Shown: positions 28,215 to 38,849 of the stretch, in pieces
How the letters are laid out: each line of letters begins with the position of its first letter
How positions within the stretch are numbered: position 1 is the first letter of the stretch
NCBI GenBank assembly: GCA_037443365.1
Contig: JBBIOM010000002.1
Span: 61,331-125,330, forward strand
DNA: 64,000 bases
Direction of reading: 5' to 3'
Origin: Armatimonadota bacterium
Lineage (GTDB): Bacteria; Sysuimicrobiota; Sysuimicrobiia; Sysuimicrobiales; Humicultoraceae
Program-made: the position numbers and the translations under genes
The notes under the pieces: model-generated
Databases searched by the model: none
The model's input: only the letters and a program-made list of their open reading frames with translations
What the model was told of the DNA's origin: nothing

Positions 28215-29186
28215 TCAGGTCGTGGCCGCGCAGAGGTCGGCGATAGCGCGCCTCGTAGCCGCCACGGCTTCGGGATGCATGAGCACAAGGATGTCCGTCC
28301 CGGCCAGCAGGAAGGAGGTGGCCGTGATCGTCTCCCAGGCCGGCCCGCGCCGGGCCTCCGATCCCCAGACTGGCTGCGCGGATGCGGGCAGCTTGGCCTC
28401 CTTGGCCTTCCAGGACTCCTCGGCCGAGAGGGTAAGCATGGGCTGCGCCAGCATCCTGTCGCCCTGCAGGCCTGCTATGCGAATCCGCTCCATGATCGAG
28501 TACTCGTACTCCAGGCCGTAGCCCAGCGAGGCGTTCCCCGGATGGATCACGATCCGGTCAGGAGAAAGCCCCATCTCGGTGATGAGGATGTTGAGCTGCT
28601 TCTGGATGTTGACGTCAATCGGCGATTCGGAGAGAACCGCATGCCCGTCAGCCAGGCAGGAGACCACCAGTGTCTTGTAGTTCTCCGGAGAGGCCACGCC
28701 GATCAGGCACCGCTCGCCCCGAGTCGCCTCGGTCACGCGCGGCCAGACCTCGTTGTCCTTGTCGGCCTGCCCGCAGCCCAGAATGATCAGGGGCACGGGC
28801 ACGGCCTCCAGCACCGACCGCACCGTGGCGACCGCGGCGTCCGGAGAGGCGTCGAGGACGTCGGGGTGCGTGCTGTTCAGGCGGAGGCAGATCAGCCCCG
28901 CCCCGTAGGCCTCCACGCACTTGCGCGCCCAGGCCGCGGGCGAGCCCATGACATCGCCCAGCTGCGACTTGAGGGCTTCGGGCCAGTCCTCAGGCACCGC
29001 GTCCAGCACCTCCATCGCCACAACCGGGGGGTTGGGGCTGCGAGCATCCCCCGGAAGGAACGGCAGCGCGGCGTGCCCTCCCACGGTCACGGTGTGGGTG
29101 CGCGTGCCGCCCTCCGCGGGCGTGGCACCGAGCGTCACGGAGAAGATCTTGCCAGGCCAGGTCTCTCGCACCAGCTCAACGGTCAC
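28215..29186 (-). CDS. acsD: Corrinoid Fe-S protein small (delta) subunit
   Basis: Motifs GATPAEGGTR, ALPFL, SPIDVNIQKQLN, LGYGLEY..MERIR and WETITA. GTG start at 29186 with a GGAGGG RBS. Confidence 0.93.
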   Translation of the reverse strand: MTVELVRETWPGKIFSVTLGATPAEGGTRTHTVTVGGHAALPFLPGDARSPNPPVVAMEVLDAVPEDWPEALKSQLGDVMGSPAAWARKCVEAYGAGLICLRLNSTHPDVLDASPDAAVATVRSVLEAVPVPLIILGCGQADKDNEVWPRVTEATRGERCLIGVASPENYKTLVVSCLADGHAVLSESPIDVNIQKQLNILITEMGLSPDRIVIHPGNASLGYGLEYEYSIMERIRIAGLQGDRMLAQPMLTLSAEESWKAKEAKLPASAQPVWGSEARRGPAWETITATSFLLAGTDILVLMHPEAVAATRRAIADLCAATT

Positions 29187-29808
29187 CTGAATCACCCTCC
29201 TTGCGTATGCGGTTGACTGCTGCCACCAGCCGCCGCGTCGTATGCTCAGCCAGCGCGGTGAGCACCTCGGCATCGAGGTACCCTCGAACCGACGAGTCGA
29301 ACACCACCGAGACGCTGGGCGCGAACTCCTCATCGCCCTTCCACATGAGGTACGCCACCGGAACCCTGGGAAGCGCCGGAATGCAGACCGAGACATCGCC
29401 CTGCCCGAGCGGTTCGCCGCCGAGTTCCCTGCCGGCCTCAAGCAACAGCGAAGGATCCGGGCCGAAGGCGCGAAGGATCGGCGAGACGACCCGGCCGCGG
29501 AACGAGGCCAGGTATCCCGGGCCGCCTGGAAGCTGCTCGAACGAGATCCACCTGCCCTCTTGTGGGCCCCCGGTGGCCTCGAGCAGGTAGAGCAGCAACA
29601 GGATGGCGACGCCCACTTCGGCGGGCTGGCCCTCTGCGTCCAGCACGACGCCCTCCGGGTGGGCTATCGTATAGTCGCGCCCAACGCACCGCAGCCCGAT
29701 CAGATTCGGGCCAAGCAACTCTGCGCCGCTGCGGGCGACGAGCGAGTCCACGGCGTGAGCGCCGATCTTGACGCGAAGCCCGTCGTAGGTCCCTTGATAG
29801 ATGCTCAT
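29176..29808 (-). CDS. DUF3786-family protein (acs-cluster associated)
   Basis: Motifs ILLLLYL, WISFEQLPGG..Y..SF, ALPRVP..WKGDEEF and FDSS..YLDAE. Position inside the acs cluster. Confidence 0.8.
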   Translation of the reverse strand: MSIYQGTYDGLRVKIGAHAVDSLVARSGAELLGPNLIGLRCVGRDYTIAHPEGVVLDAEGQPAEVGVAILLLLYLLEATGGPQEGRWISFEQLPGGPGYLASFRGRVVSPILRAFGPDPSLLLEAGRELGGEPLGQGDVSVCIPALPRVPVAYLMWKGDEEFAPSVSVVFDSSVRGYLDAEVLTALAEHTTRRLVAAVNRIRKEGDSGDR

Positions 29809-30572
29809 CGCCGCGCCGCCTCCGGCAGGCCGACCTCCGCCAGGATCTCGGCAACCGCCCGCGCGGCCGGGGAGTCGTCCGGTAGTTCCAGCAGAGGCCG
29901 GCCCTCCAGTTCGTAGGCCGCGACCAGCGGGTCCTCGGGCACCACCCCGCCCAGGCGGATACCTCCCTCGCCGAAGACGCGCTCTACCGCCACGGGGACC
30001 GCGGACGCGCGGTTGACGACGAGCGCGATCTCCCTGACCGAGAGACCGAGCTCCTGCACGAGGTCCTGGATGCGCCGCGCGGCCTTCACCCCGGCCAGGC
30101 TGGGGTCGCTGACTATCAGGAGCAGCCCGACGTCGCGCGTGGTGCGCCGGCTGAGATGCTCCATCCCGGCCTCGTTGTCCATGACGACGAAGGGGTAGCC
30201 GCCCATGAGGCGGTCCAGGTAGTCGCGCAGCAAATGGTTGGCCGCGCAGTAGCAGCCCGCGCCCTCCGGCCTCCCCATCACGATCAGGTCGACGCCCTCC
30301 CCCTCGGCCAGGCAGTCCTCGAGGTGGTACTCCAGGTAGGTCGCGCGCGGAAGGTTGCCGGGCACTTCGCGCATCCCGCGGGTCTCGTGCAGCACGTCGG
30401 AGATCGCCCGGTTGGGCCGCAGCCCCAGCGCCGCGTCCAGGTTCGTGTTCGGATCTGCATCCACGGCGAGGATTGGGGTTCTTCCTGTGCGGCGCAGCGC
30501 TCGAATGACCAGCCCTGCCATGGTCGTCTTACCCGTTCCGCCCTTGCCGGCCACCGCCAACACAAACGGCAT
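29805..30572 (-). CDS. acsF: CooC/AcsF nickel-insertion ATPase
   Basis: Motifs AVAGKGGTGKTT, DADPN, MGRPEGAGCYC and DNEAGMEHLSR. Confidence 0.9.
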   Translation of the reverse strand: MPFVLAVAGKGGTGKTTMAGLVIRALRRTGRTPILAVDADPNTNLDAALGLRPNRAISDVLHETRGMREVPGNLPRATYLEYHLEDCLAEGEGVDLIVMGRPEGAGCYCAANHLLRDYLDRLMGGYPFVVMDNEAGMEHLSRRTTRDVGLLLIVSDPSLAGVKAARRIQDLVQELGLSVREIALVVNRASAVPVAVERVFGEGGIRLGGVVPEDPLVAAYELEGRPLLELPDDSPAARAVAEILAEVGLPEAARR

Positions 30573-30585
30573 CCTCGCGCCCTCC

Positions 30586-32505
30586 TCAGTCCTGCCTGCC
30601 CAGCTGCGCGCAGGCGCGGGGGAACCTCGTGCAGTCCGTGTGCGGGAGGAACGTGGCCGAGACGTATTCCTCCATGAAGCCGGCGTCGGTGCTGAGTTCC
30701 CGGTAGGTCATCTTCGCCGCCACATCGGCGGCCCGGCGCCAGGTCTCATGGGAGAGCAGCGCCATCTTGGAGCCGGCCACCGACCCGTTGCCTATGAAGG
30801 TCACGCGCTCTACCGGCACATCAGGCAGCAGGCCGATGAGGATGGCCTTCGAGATGTCGAGGTAGGTGCCGAAGCCGCCCGCCACATAGATGCGCTGGAT
30901 GTCGCGGATGTCGATGCCCAGCCGCCGGGTGAGGAGCGAGCCGCCGGCGTAGACCGCGGCCTTCGCCCTCAGGAGGTTCTCGATGTCCGCCGAGGTCAGA
31001 ACGATGTCGCGCCCCGCGGCGCTCTCCTGGGCCGGGACGATCACCGCCTCAAGGCCGTCCGGGCCCTGGCGCACCACGGGCGCATCGGGCCGCAGCCGGC
31101 CAGCCCGGTCCAGGTACCCTGCCGCGAGCAGCTCCGCGAGGAGGTCAACCAGGCCCGAGCCGCAGATGCCCCTGGGCCTTCTGCCTCCAACCGTGGACCA
31201 GGAGAGCCCTCCATCGGGATTCACCTTCACGCGCTGCACCGCCCCCATGGCCGCGCGCATCCCCCAGGTGATGCCACCCCCTTCAAACGCCGGGCCGGCT
31301 GAGCAGGCGCAACACACGAGGAAGTCGCGGTTTCCCACAACGGTCTCGCCGTTGGTGCCCACGTCAACCAGCATGCCGAGCTCGTCGGCTTCATCCAGGC
31401 CGGCGGCCAGCACATCGGCGGTGATGTCCCCTCCCACATAGCTGCTGACCCCGGGCATCCAGAAGACCGCCCCGTGGGGATTCACGCGCAGCCCAACCTC
31501 GGCGGCGTGGAAGACCGGGGGTACGGAGATCACCGGGATGTAGGGGTCCCGTCGTATCTCGGTCGGGGGAAGTCCAAGGAAGAGGTGCAGCATCGTGGTG
31601 TTGCCCGCCAGCACAACGCCGACGATCTCGTCTCGAGAGGCGCCCTGCGCCTGCGCGAGCCCGCCGATCAGCGCGTTGGCCCCGTCCAGCGCGGCGTCCC
31701 TCAGCCTCTGGAGCCCACCTGGCTCGTCGGCGTGAACGATGCGCGAGATCACGTCATCTCCGTAGGTGGCCTGCCGGTTGAGCGCGGCCGCGGCTCCCAG
31801 CGTGGCTCCGCTCGCCAGGTCGACCAGGTGCGCCACGATCGTGGTGGTGCCCACGTCCAGTGCCACGCCGTACAGCCCGGACGCGGCAGCGCCGGGCCGC
31901 AGCGCGACGAGACCGTGGGTGCCGTCCGTACGTGCCAGCACCGCGGTGACCTCCCAGTTGGCGTCACGCATCACCTGTGGCGCCGCGCGGAGCACCTCAA
32001 GGGGAACAACGAGGTCCTGGATGCCGCTGATCCGCCGCAGCTCACGGGTCAGGCGGCCGAGGTCGCTCAGGTTGTCATGGATGGTCGGCTCCGGCAGTTG
32101 CAGCGGAAGGGCGAACACCAGGGGATCGGCGGGAGCCGGGGCGGCGTACTCCGGAGGCCTGCCCACGGCCTCCTCGGGGGTCGGAACGAACAAGCCATTC
32201 CTCTCGGCCCCGGTCAGGATCTGCTCGCCCTCCAGCCGGGAGAGCTCGGAGACATCCACGGTGACGTCGCCGGTTATGCGGCAGAGGCAGGCCAGGACCT
32301 CCCCGCCGCCAGGGATGCGGCCGCCCTCCTCGACCTCGGCCCCGCCCGCAACGATCCGAACCCGGCACCTCCCGCAGATGCCTCTCCCGCCGCAGACGCT
32401 GTTCAGCGCGATCCCGGCCGCGAACGCCGCGTCCAGGATGGTCTGCCCTGGCTCGGCCGCGACGGCGCCCGCATCCGGCTGGAATCTGACGATAGGCGCA
32501 GGCAC
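30586..32505 (-). CDS. acsV: Reductive activator of corrinoid protein (RACo/AcsV; 2Fe-2S + ASKHA domain)
   Basis: Motifs CGGRGICGRC, DVGTTT, GDDVISRI, DVGTNGE, SAGPAFEG, GICGSG and AGGFG. GTG start at 32505. Confidence 0.92.
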   Translation of the reverse strand: MPAPIVRFQPDAGAVAAEPGQTILDAAFAAGIALNSVCGGRGICGRCRVRIVAGGAEVEEGGRIPGGGEVLACLCRITGDVTVDVSELSRLEGEQILTGAERNGLFVPTPEEAVGRPPEYAAPAPADPLVFALPLQLPEPTIHDNLSDLGRLTRELRRISGIQDLVVPLEVLRAAPQVMRDANWEVTAVLARTDGTHGLVALRPGAAASGLYGVALDVGTTTIVAHLVDLASGATLGAAAALNRQATYGDDVISRIVHADEPGGLQRLRDAALDGANALIGGLAQAQGASRDEIVGVVLAGNTTMLHLFLGLPPTEIRRDPYIPVISVPPVFHAAEVGLRVNPHGAVFWMPGVSSYVGGDITADVLAAGLDEADELGMLVDVGTNGETVVGNRDFLVCCACSAGPAFEGGGITWGMRAAMGAVQRVKVNPDGGLSWSTVGGRRPRGICGSGLVDLLAELLAAGYLDRAGRLRPDAPVVRQGPDGLEAVIVPAQESAAGRDIVLTSADIENLLRAKAAVYAGGSLLTRRLGIDIRDIQRIYVAGGFGTYLDISKAILIGLLPDVPVERVTFIGNGSVAGSKMALLSHETWRRAADVAAKMTYRELSTDAGFMEEYVSATFLPHTDCTRFPRACAQLGRQD

Positions 32506-32530
32506 TACGCCACCACTTCCACACGGTTCC

Positions 32531-33889
32531 TCAACTGCTGGCTGCGGCGCTTGCAGCCTTCCATTGCGTGCGCATGAAGGCCGGAATGCCCGCCGATTCG
32601 CGCGGCCCAACCATGATCTGCCAGCCACTCAGCTCCTCGAGCTTGCCGCTGAGGGCCGCTATCCCACCGGGAATCACCGCGCGGCGGTGGCCGACGCGGT
32701 CGGCGATTTGCGAGTCCGCGATCGCCTTGGCGATTGACTCGGCGTTGAACTTGTCGGCCGCCCAGGCGGTCATCACGGATTGGCCTTCGGTGTTCACCAC
32801 CACGACCCAGGCCGGCGTCCGGCTGGTCTCGGTATCGGCTTCCACCGTGAAATAGGTCAGCGAGAAGTTGGTCGTGACCAGTACCGGCGAGGCGTCGTCG
32901 GGTGTCCCGACGGTATGGATGCCCGGCTCCACCTGAATCGGCTTCTGCGGGTCGGTGTATATGTTCTGGCGAGCGGTGACCAGTGCCAGCGCCTGCCAGG
33001 GCTCCAGTTCCTCGGTCACCACCAGGGCCGCGTACTTGCAGACGTACGCGCACGCCTGCACGAGATGGTCCAACGGGTCGTCGGCGGTGGCGAACGCCAT
33101 CGCAGGATACCCCAGCGGCCGGAAGGTCTTGCGCAGCGCCAGGCGCCGGATCTGCGTGAGATCCTGCAGCGTCGCCGCAGGCGTCCTGGCCCCGCTATCA
33201 ATGACCAGGTCGCTGACCCCGGCGGCGGCGATGCGCGCCGTAAGGTCGGCCAGCTCGTCGAGGTTACCCCCGCGCACAGCCAGCGGGCAGCCGCAGCTCT
33301 TGGCGAGCTTTGCCATCGCCTCCCAGTTCTCGGCGGTCGCCGCGTAGAGCAGCGGCCGGTTCGCCCGGACGGCGGAGGCGGCCGCGCCGAGCGCTTCGAT
33401 CGAGGGGCTCACAAGGAGCAGGGCAAGACCCATCTCGTCGGCCAGCCTGGCCGCTGCCGCGAACCGCTCGGGCTCGCCGGTGGCGTCTTCGAGCGCAACC
33501 ATCTCGATGCGCACGTGCTGGCCGACGCGATCGAACTGAAGCGCCTGGACGCGCTGGAAGGCCGCGCGCAGCTCCTCCGCGGAGCGGTCGGTGCGGACGC
33601 GCACGGCCACGGCCGTCGGGTGATAGAAGGTCTCCTCGTGCCGGAACAGCACCGTCTCCTTCCCCATGACGATGCACTGCTTCTCGGGCCCGACGCTGAC
33701 CAGCCGTATGGGCGGCGCTGCCGCGCCGGCCAGTGTGGCCTTGGTGTCTTCGCTGGCGTACGGGCAGGCGTCAATGGCCACCTTCTTGGTGGCCAGCTGC
33801 ATGGCGAACGCCAGGCAGGTGGGGAAGGCGCACTCCCCGCAGTTCGTCTTGGGCAGGAGCTTGTAGATGTCAAGCGCTGTGAGCGGCAT
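32531..33889 (-). CDS. acsC: Corrinoid Fe-S protein large (gamma) subunit
   Basis: Motifs IYKLLPKTNCGECAFPTCLAFAM, RQNIYTDPQKP, TTNFSLTYF and VGPRES. Confidence 0.96.
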   Translation of the reverse strand: MPLTALDIYKLLPKTNCGECAFPTCLAFAMQLATKKVAIDACPYASEDTKATLAGAAAPPIRLVSVGPEKQCIVMGKETVLFRHEETFYHPTAVAVRVRTDRSAEELRAAFQRVQALQFDRVGQHVRIEMVALEDATGEPERFAAAARLADEMGLALLLVSPSIEALGAAASAVRANRPLLYAATAENWEAMAKLAKSCGCPLAVRGGNLDELADLTARIAAAGVSDLVIDSGARTPAATLQDLTQIRRLALRKTFRPLGYPAMAFATADDPLDHLVQACAYVCKYAALVVTEELEPWQALALVTARQNIYTDPQKPIQVEPGIHTVGTPDDASPVLVTTNFSLTYFTVEADTETSRTPAWVVVVNTEGQSVMTAWAADKFNAESIAKAIADSQIADRVGHRRAVIPGGIAALSGKLEELSGWQIMVGPRESAGIPAFMRTQWKAASAAASS

Positions 33890-33903
33890 CGTGTCTTGAC
33901 CCC

Positions 33904-36090
33904 CTATAGCAACGCTGGCATCTGGAGCGCCGGGTGACCCACTCGCTCCAGGTGTGCGACGAGTTCCTCGACCGTCGTGGCCATTGTCTCATCCGCGATC
34001 TTGTCCACAAAGCCTTCGTCGCCGATGTCCTTGGCCCGGACCGCGAGCTTCTCGCGAAGGGCGTCCTTCAGCTCCTTGGGCATCCACACCAGGCGTTGCA
34101 GCCCGCCGTCGGCCGGGATGAACTTGCGGCTGGCCATGTACAGGCGCCCAACCCCCAGGAAGCCCGGAGTCTGAACGCCTCCGCCCACCATGCCCGCCAG
34201 CGTGCTGAAGGTCATGCCCAGCGGTGTGAGGCCAGCAAACTCCCGGTTGACGATGATGACACCGTTCGCCTCGGGCACCAGGCCCATGATGCACTCGAAA
34301 CACCCGCACGACGTCATCGGCGAGTGAATCATCGAGTAGAGACTAACCTGCTCTACCGTCTTGTTGGTCTTGTTGTAGACGAAGGCGTTGATGCCCTCGT
34401 ACATTCCAAGGTTGGCGTCCAGGCACGCGCCCTTCTCGATCGGCTGGTTGGGACCCGCGGAGTTGATCTCGTAGCTGGCCTTCCCGTCAAGCCAGTTGTA
34501 AGCGCCGCACAGACCAAGCCGCTCCGGCGAGATTACGCAGACGTGGTTGGGCGCGTAGGACTGGCAGAGGGTGCAGGAGTAAAACACGTCCACCGTCTCA
34601 TCGGTCATGCCGGCCACGCGCGCGTCGCGCTCGTCCCAGACCTTGCGGGCTTCCTCGATGATCTGCGAAACCTGCTCAGCCTCCGAGTAGATGGTGACCG
34701 CGACCTTGTCAACCAGTGCCGGGAACTCCTCCAGGTACTTGGCATGGAGGATCTCGCCGAAGTGACGGAGCCGGAACCCGGCGGCCACCGCATCCTTGCT
34801 GACCCTTATCCAGGGCATGTCGCGCTGGCCGATGTGCATGACTCCCATGGCCCCGTTGATCAGCCGGTGAATCTGCCGTTCCAGGATTGGCTCGAAGTCC
34901 TTCTGGAGCTTGCGGCCGGCAACGTCAATCAGGATGCCGAGCGGCATCACGCCGCCGGGGGAGACCGTGTCCATGTCGGGCCCGATCACCTCGATCCGCC
35001 CGTCCTCGACCTCGTGCAGCTCCCTCCCTCGCAGGAACTCGAACGCGGGCGAGACCTGGCGGCCAAACTCGACGTGGAGCTGCTCCTTGCGCACGCGTTC
35101 GCCCTCGAACGCCGCGCTGTAGGATACCGGGATCGGAATCTTGGTGATCTTGAGCTTCAGTCCCCGCACCTCCACCGCCTTGGCTACCATGCGGTCGTGC
35201 GGGATGTTGCTCACCACGTGTTCGTAGGTGCAGATGCCGGTGGGGAGTATCTGGGGGATGTCGGTGTCCGCGATGACGGGGAAGCCGAAGTTGATGGCGC
35301 CCGCGGCTGTGGCGTACTTCTCGTCGTCAACCTCACCCAGGGCCAGCACAAAGGCAAACACCCGCTCCTTGTTGTAGAGCAGGATCTGCCTCCCGCGGGC
35401 CAGGTCGCCTGGGGCGATACCGCCGAACGTCATGGCTGCACGGGCGGCGAAGTTGAGCGCGTACACGGCGGCGCTGGTCTCCCGGCCGTAGGGTACCAGG
35501 TATGTGTCCCAGGACATCTCCACGCCGGCCTCGGCCAGCTGCTCGGCCATGCTGTGTCCATCGGTGCTGCTGGCCAGGAAGACCAGGATGTTGCGCTCCT
35601 GCAGCTCGCGGGCCAGCTTGACCGCGGCCTCGGTGGTCGGCATGGCGCCCACGCACGCGGCGAATCCGGGCATGCGGCCGTCCACGAGCTTGATTCCCTG
35701 TGTGCGCAGGATCGCGTCGTCGGTGAACCCGAGGAACACCCCATCGGGCTGAGTACCGTTGGCGTACCGCAGGGCCTCTATGATCTCCTGAGACATCAGC
35801 GTGGCGACCCCCGCGTCGAGCGCACCTCCCAGGTAAGGAAGCCACGTCTTGTCGGTGGGCACGGGCGGAAGCAGGTTCCGCGCGATGCGCAGCGGCTCCC
35901 ACGCGTCCCCGAACGTCTTGACCCTGATCCCGGTCAGGGCCAGGATCAGGGGCAGGTTGAAAGCGGTGTTGGGAAACTCCAGCCGATGGCCGGCGCCCTT
36001 GGACTCGATGGCCTCAACGAGCTTGCCCTCGGCCTCGGCCACGTACTTGTGCGCCCCTCTGATCGCAGCGGTGGCGATGATGCGTGACAT
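33904..36090 (-). CDS. acsB: Acetyl-CoA synthase, bacterial type
   Basis: Motifs MSRIIATAAIRGAH, AFEGER, YSCTLCQSYAPNHVC, GLCGAY and PMTSCGCFE. Confidence 0.97.
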   Translation of the reverse strand: MSRIIATAAIRGAHKYVAEAEGKLVEAIESKGAGHRLEFPNTAFNLPLILALTGIRVKTFGDAWEPLRIARNLLPPVPTDKTWLPYLGGALDAGVATLMSQEIIEALRYANGTQPDGVFLGFTDDAILRTQGIKLVDGRMPGFAACVGAMPTTEAAVKLARELQERNILVFLASSTDGHSMAEQLAEAGVEMSWDTYLVPYGRETSAAVYALNFAARAAMTFGGIAPGDLARGRQILLYNKERVFAFVLALGEVDDEKYATAAGAINFGFPVIADTDIPQILPTGICTYEHVVSNIPHDRMVAKAVEVRGLKLKITKIPIPVSYSAAFEGERVRKEQLHVEFGRQVSPAFEFLRGRELHEVEDGRIEVIGPDMDTVSPGGVMPLGILIDVAGRKLQKDFEPILERQIHRLINGAMGVMHIGQRDMPWIRVSKDAVAAGFRLRHFGEILHAKYLEEFPALVDKVAVTIYSEAEQVSQIIEEARKVWDERDARVAGMTDETVDVFYSCTLCQSYAPNHVCVISPERLGLCGAYNWLDGKASYEINSAGPNQPIEKGACLDANLGMYEGINAFVYNKTNKTVEQVSLYSMIHSPMTSCGCFECIMGLVPEANGVIIVNREFAGLTPLGMTFSTLAGMVGGGVQTPGFLGVGRLYMASRKFIPADGGLQRLVWMPKELKDALREKLAVRAKDIGDEGFVDKIADETMATTVEELVAHLERVGHPALQMPALL

Positions 36091-36147
36091 GGCTTCTTCC
36101 CTCCTAACGTTTCTATGGACCAGGGGTCCAGCATCAACAGACCAGGG

Positions 36148-38082
36148 CTACGCCCCGACCAGAACGGCATCGTGCATCATGGGCCGCAGCTTGAGGGCCT
36201 CGCGCTTCTTGTTCAGGTGGGCCACGATGAGGCCGGCCCCCTTGATCGGGTCGGTCTCAAACGCGAACCGGCCCCCGGTTGCGCCCTCGATCTCCTCGGT
36301 CACGTAGCGGGTAACCGTGTCGCTCCCCAGGATGTTGAGAGGAGAACCCAGCACGGTCAGTATGCCGGAGGCGACGGCGTAGAACCCAATCGCTATCGCC
36401 TTCTCTGACCACCAGCCAGGGGCGGCCGCGGCCACGGGCAGCTCGGAGAAGTCGCGTCCGATCCCGCCTTCCTTCACCATCTCGACGCAGGCGGTGAGGA
36501 TCCGGCTGTTGTCCACGCACGACCCGGCGTGCAGAACCGGCGGGATTCCCACGGTCTCGCAGATCTCCTGCAGGCCCCGGCCGGCGTACTTGAGGGCCGC
36601 CTCCGGACGCAGGAGCCCGATCTTGCCGCAGGCAATGGCGGAGCACCCGGTCTGCACCACAAGCACATCGTGCCGGAGCAGCTCGGTCACCAGGTCGAGA
36701 TGGCACTGGTCTTGGATCTGCTTCGGGCTGTCGCAGCCCACGACCCCTACCACGCCCCGGATACGGCCGGCGATGATGGCGTCGTTCAGAGGGCGCCACC
36801 CTCCGCGGTAGACGCCTCCCAGCATGTGCGTGATGGACTCGGTCGTGAACCCTGCCACGACGTCCATCCTCTGGTCCGGGATAACGACCCTGGAGCGATC
36901 CCTGCGCGCGAAGTTCTCTACTGCCCGCCCGACGATCTCGCGCGCCGATTCAACGGCCCGGTCCTCGTGGAACGGGATGTGCCTGGTGCCCGGGATGCGG
37001 GCCTTCTCCGAGGTCGCGATGATCTCCGAGTGGAAGCATGAGGCCGCCTCGACAAGGCCGGGCATTATGCACTGAACATCCACCAGGAACGCGTCCACCG
37101 CCCCGGTTATCATTGCCAGCTCCTGCTGCAGGAAGTTGCCGGCGATCGGAACGCCGCGGCGCATCAGAACCTCGTTGGCCGTGCAGCATATCCCGGCGAC
37201 GTTGATTCCCGTCGCGCCCAGCTCCTTGGCCCGCTCTAGCAGCGCCGGGTCGGCGGCGGCGTCAACGATGGCCTCGGCCAGCATCGGCTCGTGGCCGTGC
37301 ACGAGGACGTTCACCTGATCGGCCCGCAGCACGCCCAGGTTCACCTGGGCCCGCAACGGGACGGGGGTCCCGAAGAGGACATCCTGGAGGTCGGTGGCGA
37401 CCATCGAACCGCCCCACCCATCTGCGAGCGAGCTGCGGATCCCGCCCAGGATGAGGCTCTTGTAGTCGGTGTCCACGCCCATGTTGGTGCGGTGCATCAC
37501 GTCCACGACCTCGCGATCCACACCGCGCGGGGTGACGCCCAGCCTGCGCCATGCTTCCTGCTGCTTGGACGGCGCGCGGCGGACGAAGGCCAGCTCGCCT
37601 TCCTGCTGCCCGAACTGCGCCAGACAGGCCTGGGCCACCTCCTCGGCGATCTCAGCCGCGCTGCGGCCATCCAGGGCGACCCCGAGTTCCGCGGCCAGCG
37701 CGCGCAGCTTGCCCTCATCCTTGATGCCGTAGCCCGGCGCCTTTCCACGCGCCGCCATGAGAAGCAACTGGGCCACCGACCGGCCGTGATCGGAGTGGGC
37801 GGCCGAGCCCGCAGCCATGTCGCGCGCCAGCCTCCGCGCGGCGACGGTGTCTATGTTCGCGCCGCATACGCCTATCTGGGGCCGCTTGCTGCCGGGCAGC
37901 CCCAGGTTGCACGGCCCGAGATGGCAGACGGTGCAGCAAATCCCCAACTCGCCCACGCGGCACTGGGAGCCCAGGGCTTCGTAGCGGTCCCAGATCGTGC
38001 TGATCTTCTCGGCCTTGGCGCGCCCCCGCATCTCCACGCTGGCAGGATCCGTGCGGCCCGGTTGCTGGGCAGTGTCACTCAT
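36148..38082 (-). CDS. cooS: Anaerobic Ni-Fe carbon monoxide dehydrogenase
   Basis: Motifs QC..G..GICCTVCHLGPC, AAHSDH, DGWGGS, HGHEP, ICCTAN, DVQC, TGC, GSCVDNSR and SEKA. Confidence 0.97.
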   Translation of the reverse strand: MSDTAQQPGRTDPASVEMRGRAKAEKISTIWDRYEALGSQCRVGELGICCTVCHLGPCNLGLPGSKRPQIGVCGANIDTVAARRLARDMAAGSAAHSDHGRSVAQLLLMAARGKAPGYGIKDEGKLRALAAELGVALDGRSAAEIAEEVAQACLAQFGQQEGELAFVRRAPSKQQEAWRRLGVTPRGVDREVVDVMHRTNMGVDTDYKSLILGGIRSSLADGWGGSMVATDLQDVLFGTPVPLRAQVNLGVLRADQVNVLVHGHEPMLAEAIVDAAADPALLERAKELGATGINVAGICCTANEVLMRRGVPIAGNFLQQELAMITGAVDAFLVDVQCIMPGLVEAASCFHSEIIATSEKARIPGTRHIPFHEDRAVESAREIVGRAVENFARRDRSRVVIPDQRMDVVAGFTTESITHMLGGVYRGGWRPLNDAIIAGRIRGVVGVVGCDSPKQIQDQCHLDLVTELLRHDVLVVQTGCSAIACGKIGLLRPEAALKYAGRGLQEICETVGIPPVLHAGSCVDNSRILTACVEMVKEGGIGRDFSELPVAAAAPGWWSEKAIAIGFYAVASGILTVLGSPLNILGSDTVTRYVTEEIEGATGGRFAFETDPIKGAGLIVAHLNKKREALKLRPMMHDAVLVGA

Positions 38083-38849
38083 ACCCTTACCCTCCCCTTG
38101 AACCTGGTCTCCAGTGCGTCGGTCAGCCGGGCCACTGCGGCGGCCACGGCGGCATCGTCCGTTTCAGCCTGTCTTCCCGTGCGTTCGGCCTCTGCTAGGA
38201 CTTCGCTATATGGAATCGTCCCGATCAGTTCGAGACCATCGAGGTGCTCGGTCATGAAGGCCTCGTCGGTGGAGCCGCGTACTCGGTTGGCCACACCCAG
38301 CACCTCGGCGATCCCTATCTCGCCGGCCAGGCGCCTGATACGGCCGGCCGTCTCCAGGCTCGCCCGGCTGGGATCCAGCACCACCAGCAGGGCGTCGGCC
38401 GCGTGGGCGCTGCGCCGCCCCAGGTGTTCGAGCCCGGCCTCCAGGTCAACCAGGAGGGCCTGGTCGCGCTCCAGCGCCAGGAACTCGATCACGCGACGCA
38501 GCAGAACGCTCTGAGGGCACGCGCACCCGGCTCCGCCTCGCGTTATGGCGCCCGCCACCACGAGACGGATGCCCCGGTGGGTCACCGCGACCCGCTCCAC
38601 TAGGTCGTCCACCTTGGGGTTCAGCCGCACGATGCCGTCGGCGCCGCCGACCCGCTGCTCGATCTCCTCCCGCAACTCCAGCAGGGGCGTCATAGGCAGA
38701 GGCGGCAGCCCCAGGGCTGCCGCCAGGGTGGGGTTCGGGTCGGCGTCTATGACGGTCACGCGGTAGCCGCGCTCCGCCAGAGATGCCGCCAGAAGGGCCA
38801 CCAGGGTAGTCTTGCCAACCCCCCCCTTCCCTGAGACAGCAAGCTTCAT
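38079..38849 (-). CDS. cooC: CODH nickel-insertion ATPase CooC
   Basis: Motifs KLAVSGKGGVGKTT, DADPN, LNPKVDD, GGAGCACP and DLEAGLEHLGR. An alternative upstream start is at 38879. Confidence 0.92.
   Translation of the reverse strand: MKLAVSGKGGVGKTTLVALLAASLAERGYRVTVIDADPNPTLAAALGLPPLPMTPLLELREEIEQRVGGADGIVRLNPKVDDLVERVAVTHRGIRLVVAGAITRGGAGCACPQSVLLRRVIEFLALERDQALLVDLEAGLEHLGRRSAHAADALLVVLDPSRASLETAGRIRRLAGEIGIAEVLGVANRVRGSTDEAFMTEHLDGLELIGTIPYSEVLAEAERTGRQAETDDAAVAAAVARLTDALETRFKGRVRV

Noticed and set aside
33934-36087. 717-aa plus-strand ORF (likewise 23651..25510, 25735..27435, 11382..12941 and others)
   Set aside because: Antisense shadows of well-supported minus-strand genes. They are expected from high-GC codon bias and show no recognisable motifs.
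36091-36147. Small hairpin TGGACC-AGG-GGTCCA between cooS and acsB as a terminator or riboswitch
   Set aside because: 6-bp stem with no U-tract, and the spacer is too short for a known riboswitch.
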